The position numbers were made by a program, and so were the translations under genes. A model generated the notes under the pieces. The model was not told where the DNA came from. It saw nothing but the letters and a program-made list of their open reading frames with translations, and searched no databases. DNA of 64,000 nt, from positions 1,400-65,399 of the forward strand of contig CAXMOC010000023.1 in assembly GCA_964194865.1 (NCBI GenBank). Direction: 5' to 3'. Positions 56,061 through 64,000 of the stretch are shown one piece after another. Positions within the stretch are counted from its first letter, which is position 1; each line of letters opens with the position of its first letter. This DNA comes from an uncultured Opitutales bacterium. GTDB taxonomy: Bacteria > Myxococcota_A > UBA9160 > SMWR01.

Positions 56061-57578
56061 CTAAGGGCCAGCTACAGCGGGTAGGTCATCGGCGAAGAAC
56101 GCCGAGGCTTCGCGGTTGATTTCCTCGATGGCGGCGCTCTCGCGGGGCCCGGGAGCGTGGTTGTTGCCGTCGACGCCAACGAGTCGCGCGCCGGGTACGA
56201 GCGCCGCGATCTCGCGTCCGAGCGGGTAGGGCACGATCTGGTCTCCCCGTCGGTGAAGCACGAGTACCGGCGCTCGGATGCCCGGCGCGGCAGCCCGAAC
56301 GTCAGTCTCTCCGATCGATGCGATGAAGCCCGCCGCGTCTTCGGGCGTCGCCGAGAGGCGCTGGAATTCGTTGAAGATCCGCATCGCGATCTCGTCGGCC
56401 TCCGGAATGAAGAGGCTCGTGAACATCTGGCGAAACGCCGGATTGTCCTCGCCCCACATCGCCAGGACCAATGGCGGGAAGGACCGCCAGCGCTCGAGAT
56501 GCCCGGGGACGCTCCCCATCCAGAGAAACGAGCCATAGAAAGCGATCCGGCTGACGCGCTCCGGGTGACGCACCGCGTAGGTGACCGAGGTGGGGCCTCC
56601 GGCGGATATTGCGTAGATGCCGAAGCGGTCGAGGCCGGCGCTGTCCACTACGGCTTCGAGGTCGCGAACCTTGGCGTCGAGTGAGAAGTCTTCGATGTCG
56701 CGATCGGAAAGGCCCGTGCCTCGCCCGTCGTAGATCACGACGTTGTGGTCTTCCAGCAGACCCTGAATCCACGGGTTCATCCCGGGGCTGTTGGCGCCGC
56801 GCTCGAGGTGCGTGATCCAGCCCAGCACGATCACGATGGGAGATCCGTTGGGGTTTCCCGCGGTCGCGTAGGCGATGCGAATGCCGTCGCTGGTCGTCGC
56901 GAAGGCGATCTCCTGCTCGTAGTTGGCAGCACCGCGGAGATATCCCCGCGAGACGGCAGCAACGATGAGATCGTCCCTTCCTCCGCCGAGGAAGAGCCAG
57001 CCCGCCAAAAGCGCCAGCGCTGCAGCTCCCGCCGCGAGCAACATCCGAGCCCTGGACACCCCCCGCTTCGACGAGTCGGCCGCGGTTCCCGCAATCGAGA
57101 AGATCGCCACCGGCTGCGCGACGTTCTTGAGGCTGCGCTCGCCGAGGGATGCGGTGTCGATGTTCTGGTTGCGCAGGTGCTCGACGACCTGATCCGTGGC
57201 CACGATTCCGCCGGGGTCGGCCAGCGCAGGAAGACGCGACGCGACGTTGATACCGTCGCCGATCAGGCGGCCATCGCGCTCGACCACGTCGCCGACGTGG
57301 ATACCGATCCGGATCTGGAACTTGGGATCGGCGGCCAGCACCGCCTGGATCGCCATCGCGCAACGCACCGCGTCGACCGCACTCGGGAAGATCGAGAGAG
57401 ATGCGTCGCCGCTCTCGTCGACGAAGTCGCCGTGGAATTGGCCGGAAAGGGTCTGGATCAGGCGACGGTGCTCGTCGCGCGCCTCGATGCCCCGGCCCTC
57501 GTCGGCCCCGACCATTGCCGTATAGCCGACGATGTCGGTGAAGAGAATCGCGAGCAGCCGGCGCTCCGAGTCCGCCAT
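56061..57578 (-). CDS. Class III cyclase - TM - alpha/beta-hydrolase fusion
   Basis: AILFTDIVGYT, GDA, RIGIHVGD, GDGINVASRL; TM helix; YDGRGTGLSDR, AISAGG, NNH. Confidence 0.88.
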   Translation of the reverse strand: MADSERRLLAILFTDIVGYTAMVGADEGRGIEARDEHRRLIQTLSGQFHGDFVDESGDASLSIFPSAVDAVRCAMAIQAVLAADPKFQIRIGIHVGDVVERDGRLIGDGINVASRLPALADPGGIVATDQVVEHLRNQNIDTASLGERSLKNVAQPVAIFSIAGTAADSSKRGVSRARMLLAAGAAALALLAGWLFLGGGRDDLIVAAVSRGYLRGAANYEQEIAFATTSDGIRIAYATAGNPNGSPIVIVLGWITHLERGANSPGMNPWIQGLLEDHNVVIYDGRGTGLSDRDIEDFSLDAKVRDLEAVVDSAGLDRFGIYAISAGGPTSVTYAVRHPERVSRIAFYGSFLWMGSVPGHLERWRSFPPLVLAMWGEDNPAFRQMFTSLFIPEADEIAMRIFNEFQRLSATPEDAAGFIASIGETDVRAAAPGIRAPVLVLHRRGDQIVPYPLGREIAALVPGARLVGVDGNNHAPGPRESAAIEEINREASAFFADDLPAVAGP

Positions 57579-57664
57579 CGGAGCGGGAGTCTATCACCAC
57601 CCTCGTGAGGCTGTCGCTGGCTCCAAATGCCGGATCCGAGCGCGAGCGGCGCGGCGTCTGTCGA

Positions 57665-59005
57665 TCACTCGGCCACAGAGTACAGCCGGCCACCTTCTTT
57701 CCGGACCCGACAGCCTTTGAGAAGCGCATCGAGCTCGAGTAGCTCCGACCCGCGATCGAAGGGCTTCAAGAAGCGATCGATCGATTGGCGACCCAAGCCT
57801 TCGGTGCACTCCCGCAGCACGTCTGCCAGCCTTTGGAGCATCCACACCTGGTAAGGCACGACCATTCGCCGCTCTCGGACCCCGCCGATCTCGAATTCGT
57901 GGGTGAGCGCCCCTTCGCCGGTCTGATGGCTCTCGAAGCCGGGCGTAGCGGTGAAGGTCTTGCCCGGCAGCTCCCCTCCGGAGCCGTGCGCAGCGCTCGC
58001 GACGAAGGCGCTCAGCACTTCGAGGGTACTGCGGAGAACCGGCCACATCTCCTCGAAGAATACTCCGATGACCGGCAGCAACGTGTCGGCGACGCGATCG
58101 TCCGGAAGCCACTCGCCAGCGTCACTGTTGGCAGGGCGGCCGATCAGCGCGCCGTCGGGCCCGACCGAGTAAAGCCGCTGACCGTAGCTGCGGGCGTTGA
58201 GGGCACCTTCGCCATTGGTGCGCTCGACCCACTCGCACACCAGCGGGAAGTGCGTTCGCAACGCGAAGCCCGAAACCGCGTCGCGATACAGGTGCGCGTA
58301 TAGCGGCCCCATCAGGCCGAAATCCCCAAGGGAGGGGCGACCGCCCAGCGCGAAGTCGTGCACCCCGAAGTGCCCCTCGAGCAGGCCGAGCAGTCTGTGC
58401 TGACTCGCCTGCCAGGCCAGCTCGGTGCGCTCGGTTGCGCCGAGCTGGACGAGCCCCGCGTAGACGCCGCGCGGTTGGGTTCGCGAGTTCGAGATGCCAA
58501 ACGCCGCTTCGAAAAATCCCGCACCGGCCGCGCGCCGCGCTTCGCCAGGTGCGCCGGCAGCCAGCACAGCACCCCACTGCTGTTCGTTGAAGCCGCGATG
58601 GCTCAGCGCCCGGCCGGCCTCGCTGAAATACCAACGCTCCCAGAAGCCCGGCACCACCATCCACTCGTCCGCGAGCAGCTCGATGAGGTAAGCGACCAGC
58701 CGCTGCCGCGGTGCTCCAGCCGCCGCGGGGACGACGGCCGACTCGGGGTGTGCGGCCTCGCAGTAGTCGATGATCTCGCTCGAATCCTGCACCCAATCGC
58801 CTTGGGGTGTCTCGAGCTGCGGTACGGCATTGCTGCCGGAGCGGGGAATCAGCAAGCCCTGAATCAACTCCGGTGTGGCCAGCACATCTTCGAAGCCCGG
58901 CCCGAGAGCTCCGCAGCGCTGTTTGTACCGAAGGTAGGAGCGCGCCTTGCCGGAGAAGTAGCTGTGCTCCCAGGAGAACAGGCGATACATGTAGGGCCTC
59001 GACAA
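57665..59005 (-). CDS. Glutathione S-transferase-like protein
   Basis: SYFSGKARSYLRYK, VPQL, QDSSEII, ELLADEW, GGRPSLGDFGLMGPLYAHLYRD. Confidence 0.85.
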   Translation of the reverse strand: MSRPYMYRLFSWEHSYFSGKARSYLRYKQRCGALGPGFEDVLATPELIQGLLIPRSGSNAVPQLETPQGDWVQDSSEIIDYCEAAHPESAVVPAAAGAPRQRLVAYLIELLADEWMVVPGFWERWYFSEAGRALSHRGFNEQQWGAVLAAGAPGEARRAAGAGFFEAAFGISNSRTQPRGVYAGLVQLGATERTELAWQASQHRLLGLLEGHFGVHDFALGGRPSLGDFGLMGPLYAHLYRDAVSGFALRTHFPLVCEWVERTNGEGALNARSYGQRLYSVGPDGALIGRPANSDAGEWLPDDRVADTLLPVIGVFFEEMWPVLRSTLEVLSAFVASAAHGSGGELPGKTFTATPGFESHQTGEGALTHEFEIGGVRERRMVVPYQVWMLQRLADVLRECTEGLGRQSIDRFLKPFDRGSELLELDALLKGCRVRKEGGRLYSVAE

Positions 59006-59159
59006 CGACGGTGCGACGGTGCGACCCGAACGATTCGGGTGGGGAATGTTACGCCAGCCGACTGTGGTGAGTCGGGGGGAACCGCCCTGAATCGGGAGTT
59101 GGACGCGGTTCCGGAGGTTCCCGGGTCGCCCAGGAAATGTTTCTGGTCCGAGAGCAGGA

Positions 59160-59189
59160 CGAAACGAGCTCCGGGCCGTCGGGGCTCGT
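59160..59189 (-). terminator. Likely terminator after the CheX-like gene
   Basis: Minus strand ACGAGCCCC-N8-GGAGCTCGT followed by TTC, 7 nt after the stop. Confidence 0.5.
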
Positions 59190-59196
59190 GATCAGT

Positions 59197-60012
59197 TCAG
59201 AGCGGCTCTAGATAGAGCGCTGCGGATCCCACGTTGACTGCGAGCGGAAAGAGGAAGCCCGAGCCGAGCTCGATCCCACTCTCGGGGGGTGCCAGCTCGG
59301 TGGCGAGTCCGCGTTGCTCCACGAGCCCCATGGCGTTGCCGGCCAGCACGTTCAGGAATTCGCCCATGCCGTCCTCGAGCAGCTCCCGGTCGGCATCGCG
59401 CTCCGATCCGCTGAGCTTCCGCGCGAGAGCATCGTCGCCAAACAGACAGATCAACAGTGGAGCATCACCCAGGATCCGCACGGCCCGCTGAATCGAGAGC
59501 TTCGGAGCAGCGATTGCCACCTCGCCGCGGCCCACCCGCGCGAAAATCCGCCCCATCCGCATCATCAGCTTCGGGAGCAGGTCGAGTACCGGTGCGGCCA
59601 GAGCGTGGCTCCGCAAGCCATCGGGTAGCGCGACGTCTCCCGTTCGATACGGAGCCTGCTCGGCTTCGTGATGCGCCAGCAGCTCTCCGAGCCGCTGGTT
59701 GTCCAAGGCCCCCACGCGTACGAGCGCATCTCCGATTCGCAGGCGCTCTCGGTCCTGGATGTGGATCAGGTGATCCAGCTGCTCTTCGCCGAGCAGTCCC
59801 ATCTCGACCGCCAGCTGTCCGAAGGGCAGGTCGCGACGCCGCTGTTCCGAGTTCACTTTTTCGGTGTCCGCAACGCTGAGAATTCCACCGACGACCGCTA
59901 GCTCGCCGAGGGTCCGGTTGTGCTGGTCCATCAGATCCAGCGCGGCTCGCAGGTGCTCGGCGCCGATCTCGCCCTTTTCGATCAGATACTGCCCGAAGAA
60001 CTTGACGCCCAT
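59197..60012 (-). CDS. MshEN-like repeat protein fused to a CheX/CheC-like phosphatase domain
   Basis: Four ~31-aa repeats (FGQYLIEKGEI, LGELAVVGGIL, FGQLAVEMGLL, IGDALVRVGAL); C-terminal DGMGEFLNVLAGN (ExxN). Confidence 0.75.
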   Translation of the reverse strand: MGVKFFGQYLIEKGEIGAEHLRAALDLMDQHNRTLGELAVVGGILSVADTEKVNSEQRRRDLPFGQLAVEMGLLGEEQLDHLIHIQDRERLRIGDALVRVGALDNQRLGELLAHHEAEQAPYRTGDVALPDGLRSHALAAPVLDLLPKLMMRMGRIFARVGRGEVAIAAPKLSIQRAVRILGDAPLLICLFGDDALARKLSGSERDADRELLEDGMGEFLNVLAGNAMGLVEQRGLATELAPPESGIELGSGFLFPLAVNVGSAALYLEPL

Positions 60013-60024
60013 CTCGGCCCCCGA

Positions 60025-60414
60025 TTACGACTGCATCCGCTCACATTCCTGACCGAGCAGCGCTTCCAGAACAGCTTCGTCAATGGGTTTGTCCAGCACC
60101 TGGACTGCTCCCAGACGAAACGCCTCTTCGGCCCGTGAGGCCATCCCGCCCACCGAAGACAGCATGGCAACCCGCAGGTCGGGATGCTTGGCCGCCAGCA
60201 GGCGCAGCGCCGTCAAGCCATCCATCTCGGGCATCACGATGTCCATGATCACCAGATCCGGCTGGAGCTGACTCGCCAGCTGGACCGCCTCGGCGCCGGT
60301 TCGCGCTGTTCCAACAACTTCGGCAGCGTCGCTCTGCGCGACGATCCGCTCGAGCTGTGTGAGCATGACGCGGCTGTCGTCGACGAGTAACACGTTCAAT
60401 TTCTTTTCGGACAT
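60025..60414 (-). CDS. Single-domain response regulator (CheY-like)
   Basis: LLVDDS, PDLVIMDIVMPEMDG, MLSS, GA..VLDKP. Confidence 0.93.
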   Translation of the reverse strand: MSEKKLNVLLVDDSRVMLTQLERIVAQSDAAEVVGTARTGAEAVQLASQLQPDLVIMDIVMPEMDGLTALRLLAAKHPDLRVAMLSSVGGMASRAEEAFRLGAVQVLDKPIDEAVLEALLGQECERMQS

Positions 60415-60675
60415 GAGGCCCCCGATGCTACGCGCCCGGCGCAGAGGCACGCGGCCTCTGCCAGCGTGCATCGTCAGGACGGCAGCGGCAGTTGAGATCC
60501 AACTGGAGCGCCAGATCGGCCCAATTACACGCGGCCAGAGCCCGCTCCGGAGGCTTCCCGGCGCCGGCCAGAACGCCCCAGGGCAGCCGGCTCGCCCGCA
60601 GGAGCCCCGGACGCGGGGCCCCGAACGCGGCGCCCTTTCAACCGCGCGCTGTGCGAGGATAGCCCCGGAGGATCC

Positions 60676-61953
60676 ATGGATTTCGACATCCCGAAGCCGC
60701 TCGCGGACTACCTGCTCGAGCTCGACGCGTTCATCGAGCGCGAGATCCGGCCCTTGGAACAGCAGGACGACAACATCCGATTCTTCGATCACCGGCGAGA
60801 GGACGCCCGCACGGACTGGGAGCGCGGGGGGCTGCCCAACGAAGGGTGGGAGGCGCTGCTGCTGCAGGCGCGCCACCGGGCTGATGCCGCCGGTCACTAC
60901 CGTTACCCCCTCCCAAGGGAACACGGCGGACAGGACGGAACCAACCTGGACATGGCGGTCATCCGCGAGCACCTGGCCGTCAAGGGCCTGGGGCTGCACA
61001 ACGATCTGCAAACCGAGCACTCGATTGTTGGCAACAACGTCGGCCTGCTCTTGATGCTCGAGTACGGCAGCGAAGAGCAGCAGAAGGAGTGGGTCGAGCA
61101 CCTGGCCGTTGGAACGCGCGGCTTCGCGTTCGGCATCACGGAGCCCGAACACGGCTCCGATGCCACCCACATGGAGACCACCGCGGTGCGCGACGGCGAC
61201 GGCTGGCGCATCAACGGCGAGAAGACCTGGAACACCGGCATCCACAAGGCGCCCTACGACATGATCATGGCGCGCACGGCCGGCAAGGCGGGTGACGGCG
61301 AAGGGATCACTGCGTTTCTCGTACCCACCGATTCGAAAGGCTTCAAGGTCGAGGAAATGCTCTGGACCTTCAACATGCCGACGGATCACGGTCGGGTCTC
61401 GCTCAAGGACGTCCGGGTTTCCGACGCGGCGATCTTCGGAGAGGAGGGCCGCGGTCTTGGGATCGTTCAACACTTCTTCAACGAGAACCGCATCCGCCAG
61501 GCTGCATCGAGCCTGGGCGCTGCGCAATTCTGTGTGAGCGAGTCAGTCGCGTACGCGAAGGTGCGAAAGCCCTTCGGCAAGCCACTCTCGACCAACCAAG
61601 CCATCCAGTTTCCGCTGGTCGAGCTTCAGACCCAGTGCGAGATGCTGCGGGCGATGGTTCACAAGACCGCCTGGATGATGGACACCTATGGGGCCTTCTC
61701 GGTCTCGGACAAGGTGTCGATGTGTAACTACTGGTCGAATCGGCTCTGCTGTGAGGCGGCCGACCGCGCCATGCAGGTGCACGGCGGCCTGGGCTATTCC
61801 CGCCACAAGCCCTTCGAGCACATCTACCGCCACCATCGTCGCTACCGAATCACCGAGGGCGCCGAGGAAATCCAGATGCGCCGGGTGGCGGGCTACATGT
61901 TCGGCTTCATGACCCAACGGGCGCCCAAGGGCGTGAGGGAAACGCGGGCCTAG
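60676..61953 (+). CDS. Acyl-CoA dehydrogenase
   Basis: FGITEPEHGSDA, INGEKTW, RKPFGKPL..NQAIQFPL, AMQVHGGLG, RITEGAEEIQ. Confidence 0.95.
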   Translation: MDFDIPKPLADYLLELDAFIEREIRPLEQQDDNIRFFDHRREDARTDWERGGLPNEGWEALLLQARHRADAAGHYRYPLPREHGGQDGTNLDMAVIREHLAVKGLGLHNDLQTEHSIVGNNVGLLLMLEYGSEEQQKEWVEHLAVGTRGFAFGITEPEHGSDATHMETTAVRDGDGWRINGEKTWNTGIHKAPYDMIMARTAGKAGDGEGITAFLVPTDSKGFKVEEMLWTFNMPTDHGRVSLKDVRVSDAAIFGEEGRGLGIVQHFFNENRIRQAASSLGAAQFCVSESVAYAKVRKPFGKPLSTNQAIQFPLVELQTQCEMLRAMVHKTAWMMDTYGAFSVSDKVSMCNYWSNRLCCEAADRAMQVHGGLGYSRHKPFEHIYRHHRRYRITEGAEEIQMRRVAGYMFGFMTQRAPKGVRETRA

Positions 61954-61959
61954 CCGGTC

Positions 61960-63378
61960 ATGGCCGAGGATCGCACCGCATTCGAAGACGCCCTGGGCAG
62001 GATTCTGGCGAAGAACCTTCAGGGCTTCAGGGAGTTGATCTCGTGCGATCGGCTCTCGGGAGGTGCCAGTCAGGAGACCTATCGAATCGTCGCGGCTACG
62101 GCGTCCGGCGAACACGAGCTGGCGCTGCGGCGGACACCCGGTGGTGTCTCGACCGAGGGGGTGGTGGGGAGGGCCGGAGTCCGTACCGAGGCGCGGCTGA
62201 TGCAGTGCGCCCACGAGGCCGGTGTGCCCGAGCCCCAGGTGCTCGGGGTTCTCGAGCCGGAAGACGGGCTCGGCGACGGCTTCTTGATGGAGTGGCTCGA
62301 CGGCGAGACGCTCGGCGCGCGCATCGTGCGCTCCGAGGCGCTGGGCGAAATACGACCCAAGCTGGCATACCAGTGCGGCGAGATCCTGGCACGCATTCAC
62401 GCCATCGACCTGGAGGCGACGGGGCTCGCCGGTCAGCTCGATCACACCGAACCAGGCACCTTCATCGAGCAGACCTGGGGGGCCTATCGCCTGCTGGGAA
62501 CGCCACAACCGATGATCGACTTCGCGGCGCGCTGGCTTCTCGAGCATCTCCCGGGGGACTCGCGGCGCACCCTCGTGCACAACGACTTTCGCAACGGCAA
62601 CTTGATGGTGACGCCCGACGGTGTGATTGCCGTTCTCGACTGGGAGATCGCGCACATCGGCGACCCGATGCGCGACCTCGGCTGGATCTGCACCAACTCC
62701 TGGCGCTTCGGACGGCGCGATCTTCCTGTGGGCGGCTTCGGTGAGAAGGAAGATCTCTTTTGCGGATACGAGGCCGTCGCGGGGGCAAAGATCGATCCGG
62801 ACCACGTCCACTTCTGGGAGGTGTTCGGCTCGTTCTGGTGGGCGGTCGGCTGTCTGGGCATGGCACACCATTTTCGCACGGGACCCGATCGAAGCGTCGA
62901 GCGCGCAGCCATCGGACGGCGGACATCCGAATGTCAGGTCGACTGCGTGAACCTGCTGATTCCCGGGCCGATCGCGCTGATCGAGCCGGCTGCCGAAACC
63001 TCGACCCTCGACATGCCCCGAATCGACGAGCTCGTGGAAAGTGTCCGGGACCACTTGCGCGGCGACGTCATGGCCGCGAGCCAGGGCCGCCTGAATTTCA
63101 TGGCGCGCGTCGCCGCCAACTCCCTCGACGTGGTCTTGCGCGAGCTCCAGATCGGCCCGGAGCATCGGCGCCGAGAGCTGGAGCGCTTGCGCGCTCTGCT
63201 TGGCAGCGTGGACGAGTTGGAGGCGCTGCGCTGGCAGCTGGTCGAGGCCCTTCGCGACGGCCAGATGCCGCTCGATCGACCGGGACTGGCCGCGCACTTG
63301 CGCGAGACCGCCGTAAACCAGGTCGCCATCGACCAACCGAAGTACTCGGGCTTCCGAGCGGCGATCGAGGAGCACTAA
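61960..63378 (+). CDS. Aminoglycoside phosphotransferase-family kinase with C-terminal DUF6285-like domain
   Basis: LSGGASQETY, LVHNDFRNGN, VLDWE, GDPMRDLGW; C-terminal ARVAAN...DQPKY. Confidence 0.88.
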   Translation: MAEDRTAFEDALGRILAKNLQGFRELISCDRLSGGASQETYRIVAATASGEHELALRRTPGGVSTEGVVGRAGVRTEARLMQCAHEAGVPEPQVLGVLEPEDGLGDGFLMEWLDGETLGARIVRSEALGEIRPKLAYQCGEILARIHAIDLEATGLAGQLDHTEPGTFIEQTWGAYRLLGTPQPMIDFAARWLLEHLPGDSRRTLVHNDFRNGNLMVTPDGVIAVLDWEIAHIGDPMRDLGWICTNSWRFGRRDLPVGGFGEKEDLFCGYEAVAGAKIDPDHVHFWEVFGSFWWAVGCLGMAHHFRTGPDRSVERAAIGRRTSECQVDCVNLLIPGPIALIEPAAETSTLDMPRIDELVESVRDHLRGDVMAASQGRLNFMARVAANSLDVVLRELQIGPEHRRRELERLRALLGSVDELEALRWQLVEALRDGQMPLDRPGLAAHLRETAVNQVAIDQPKYSGFRAAIEEH

Positions 63379-63466
63379 GGCGGAGACCGTCGTGTCCAGG
63401 GGCTCCCCCGGCAGCGCCCGCCGGCGAGCTTCTCCAGCTGATTCCGGCGCGCAAATGGGGGAAACC

Positions 63467-64000
63467 GTGGCAGATCTACTGACTGGCCTCGCGGAGCGGC
63501 TGGTCGACAAGCCCGCGCTGATCGACGACCGCAGCGATGGAACGTTGATTCAATGGAGCTTCAACCAGCTAGAAGCCAACGCCAACCGTCTGGCGAGAGT
63601 CTTTCTCGACCACGACGTCCAGCCGCGGGACAAGGTGCTTTGGTGCGGGCACAACTCCAATTGGGTTGTCACCTGTGGACACGCAGCGCGCAAGGTCGGC
63701 GCGGTGTCGGTGCCGCTCAACTATCGGTTGACGGCCGAGGAAGCCACCTACGTCTCGGACAATTCGGATGCCAAGATCGTGTTCGTGGATGCCGAATACG
63801 TTGCGCTCTTCGAAGAGATTCGCGCCGAGCTGCCGAAGGTGAATCATATATTGGTGTTCGACGGGGAGGCCGGCAGCGGCATGACGGCAGCAGCGCCATT
63901 GATCGATGCGGCCAGCGATGCGCCGGTGGAGGTGGAATCCGACGGCGCCGGAACCATGATCTACACGTCGGGAACCACCGGAAAACCCAAGGGCGCGGTC
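63467..64000 (+). CDS. Partial AMP-dependent acyl-CoA synthetase, runs off the window
   Basis: GTG start MADLLTGLAERLVDKPAL; VPLNYRLTAEE; AMP-binding motif IYTSGTTGKPKG at the window end. Confidence 0.9.
   Translation, partial: MADLLTGLAERLVDKPALIDDRSDGTLIQWSFNQLEANANRLARVFLDHDVQPRDKVLWCGHNSNWVVTCGHAARKVGAVSVPLNYRLTAEEATYVSDNSDAKIVFVDAEYVALFEEIRAELPKVNHILVFDGEAGSGMTAAAPLIDAASDAPVEVESDGAGTMIYTSGTTGKPKGAV

Noticed and set aside
59140-59192. Hammerhead-ribozyme look-alike (GTCC-loop-GGAC-GAAACGAG...CTCGT)
   Set aside because: The CUGAUGA core is missing (only CTG) and the cleavage triplet would be GUG; the hairpin is better explained as the minus-strand terminator of the CheX-like gene
1-64000. 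Many long overlapping ORFs in the track (e.g. 473-1399, 13049-14365, 39650-41161, 42204-43745, 61543-63510)
   Set aside because: Antisense or off-frame shadows of real genes, expected in high-GC DNA; Arg/Pro/Ala-rich with no motifs
1-64000. CRISPR array, rRNA genes or IS transposase
   Set aside because: No regularly spaced repeats, rRNA signatures or transposase motifs seen by eye

Overview
GC-rich bacterial DNA. Gene content (topoisomerase VI, Myxococcus-type Cys repeats, STAND cyclases, many lipid-catabolic genes) suggests a Myxococcota/deltaproteobacteria-like organism; this is inference. Bases 1-23.7 kb look chromosomal: comM, an AlgI/AlgJ O-acetylation pair, top6B-top6A-rfbA-rfbC, a Fur-boxed porin/FMN-binding/membrane/ApbE flavinylation operon, a MATE exporter behind a leader peptide and terminator, and an arginine succinyltransferase (AST) operon with an ArgZ/CtlX-type amidinotransferase where astB would be expected. 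A ~22.3 kb integrative element (23669-46000) sits between exact 39-bp direct repeats inside the 3' end of that amidinotransferase gene. Its tyrosine integrase reads through the att core, so integration and excision swap the integrase C-terminus. Its core is one co-directional module: HGGxSTG protein, HTH proteins, putative SSB, compact family-A DNA polymerase, wHTH, Cys-motif protein, RHH and Int. I see no primase, helicase, capsid or conjugation genes in it. This module is the best candidate for an undescribed system. The cargo is TetR-MFP-RND, two P450s with MBL and Nudix hydrolases, and a cyclase-STAND protein. Bases 46-64 kb hold a low-GC cassette-like YSC84 gene, secreted redox proteins, DUF1302/DUF1329, an MttB-family methyltransferase, an MshEN-CheX/CheY pair and fatty-acyl catabolic genes. 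No rRNA, intact tRNA or CRISPR array was seen. All family calls come from motif recognition by eye, not database searches.
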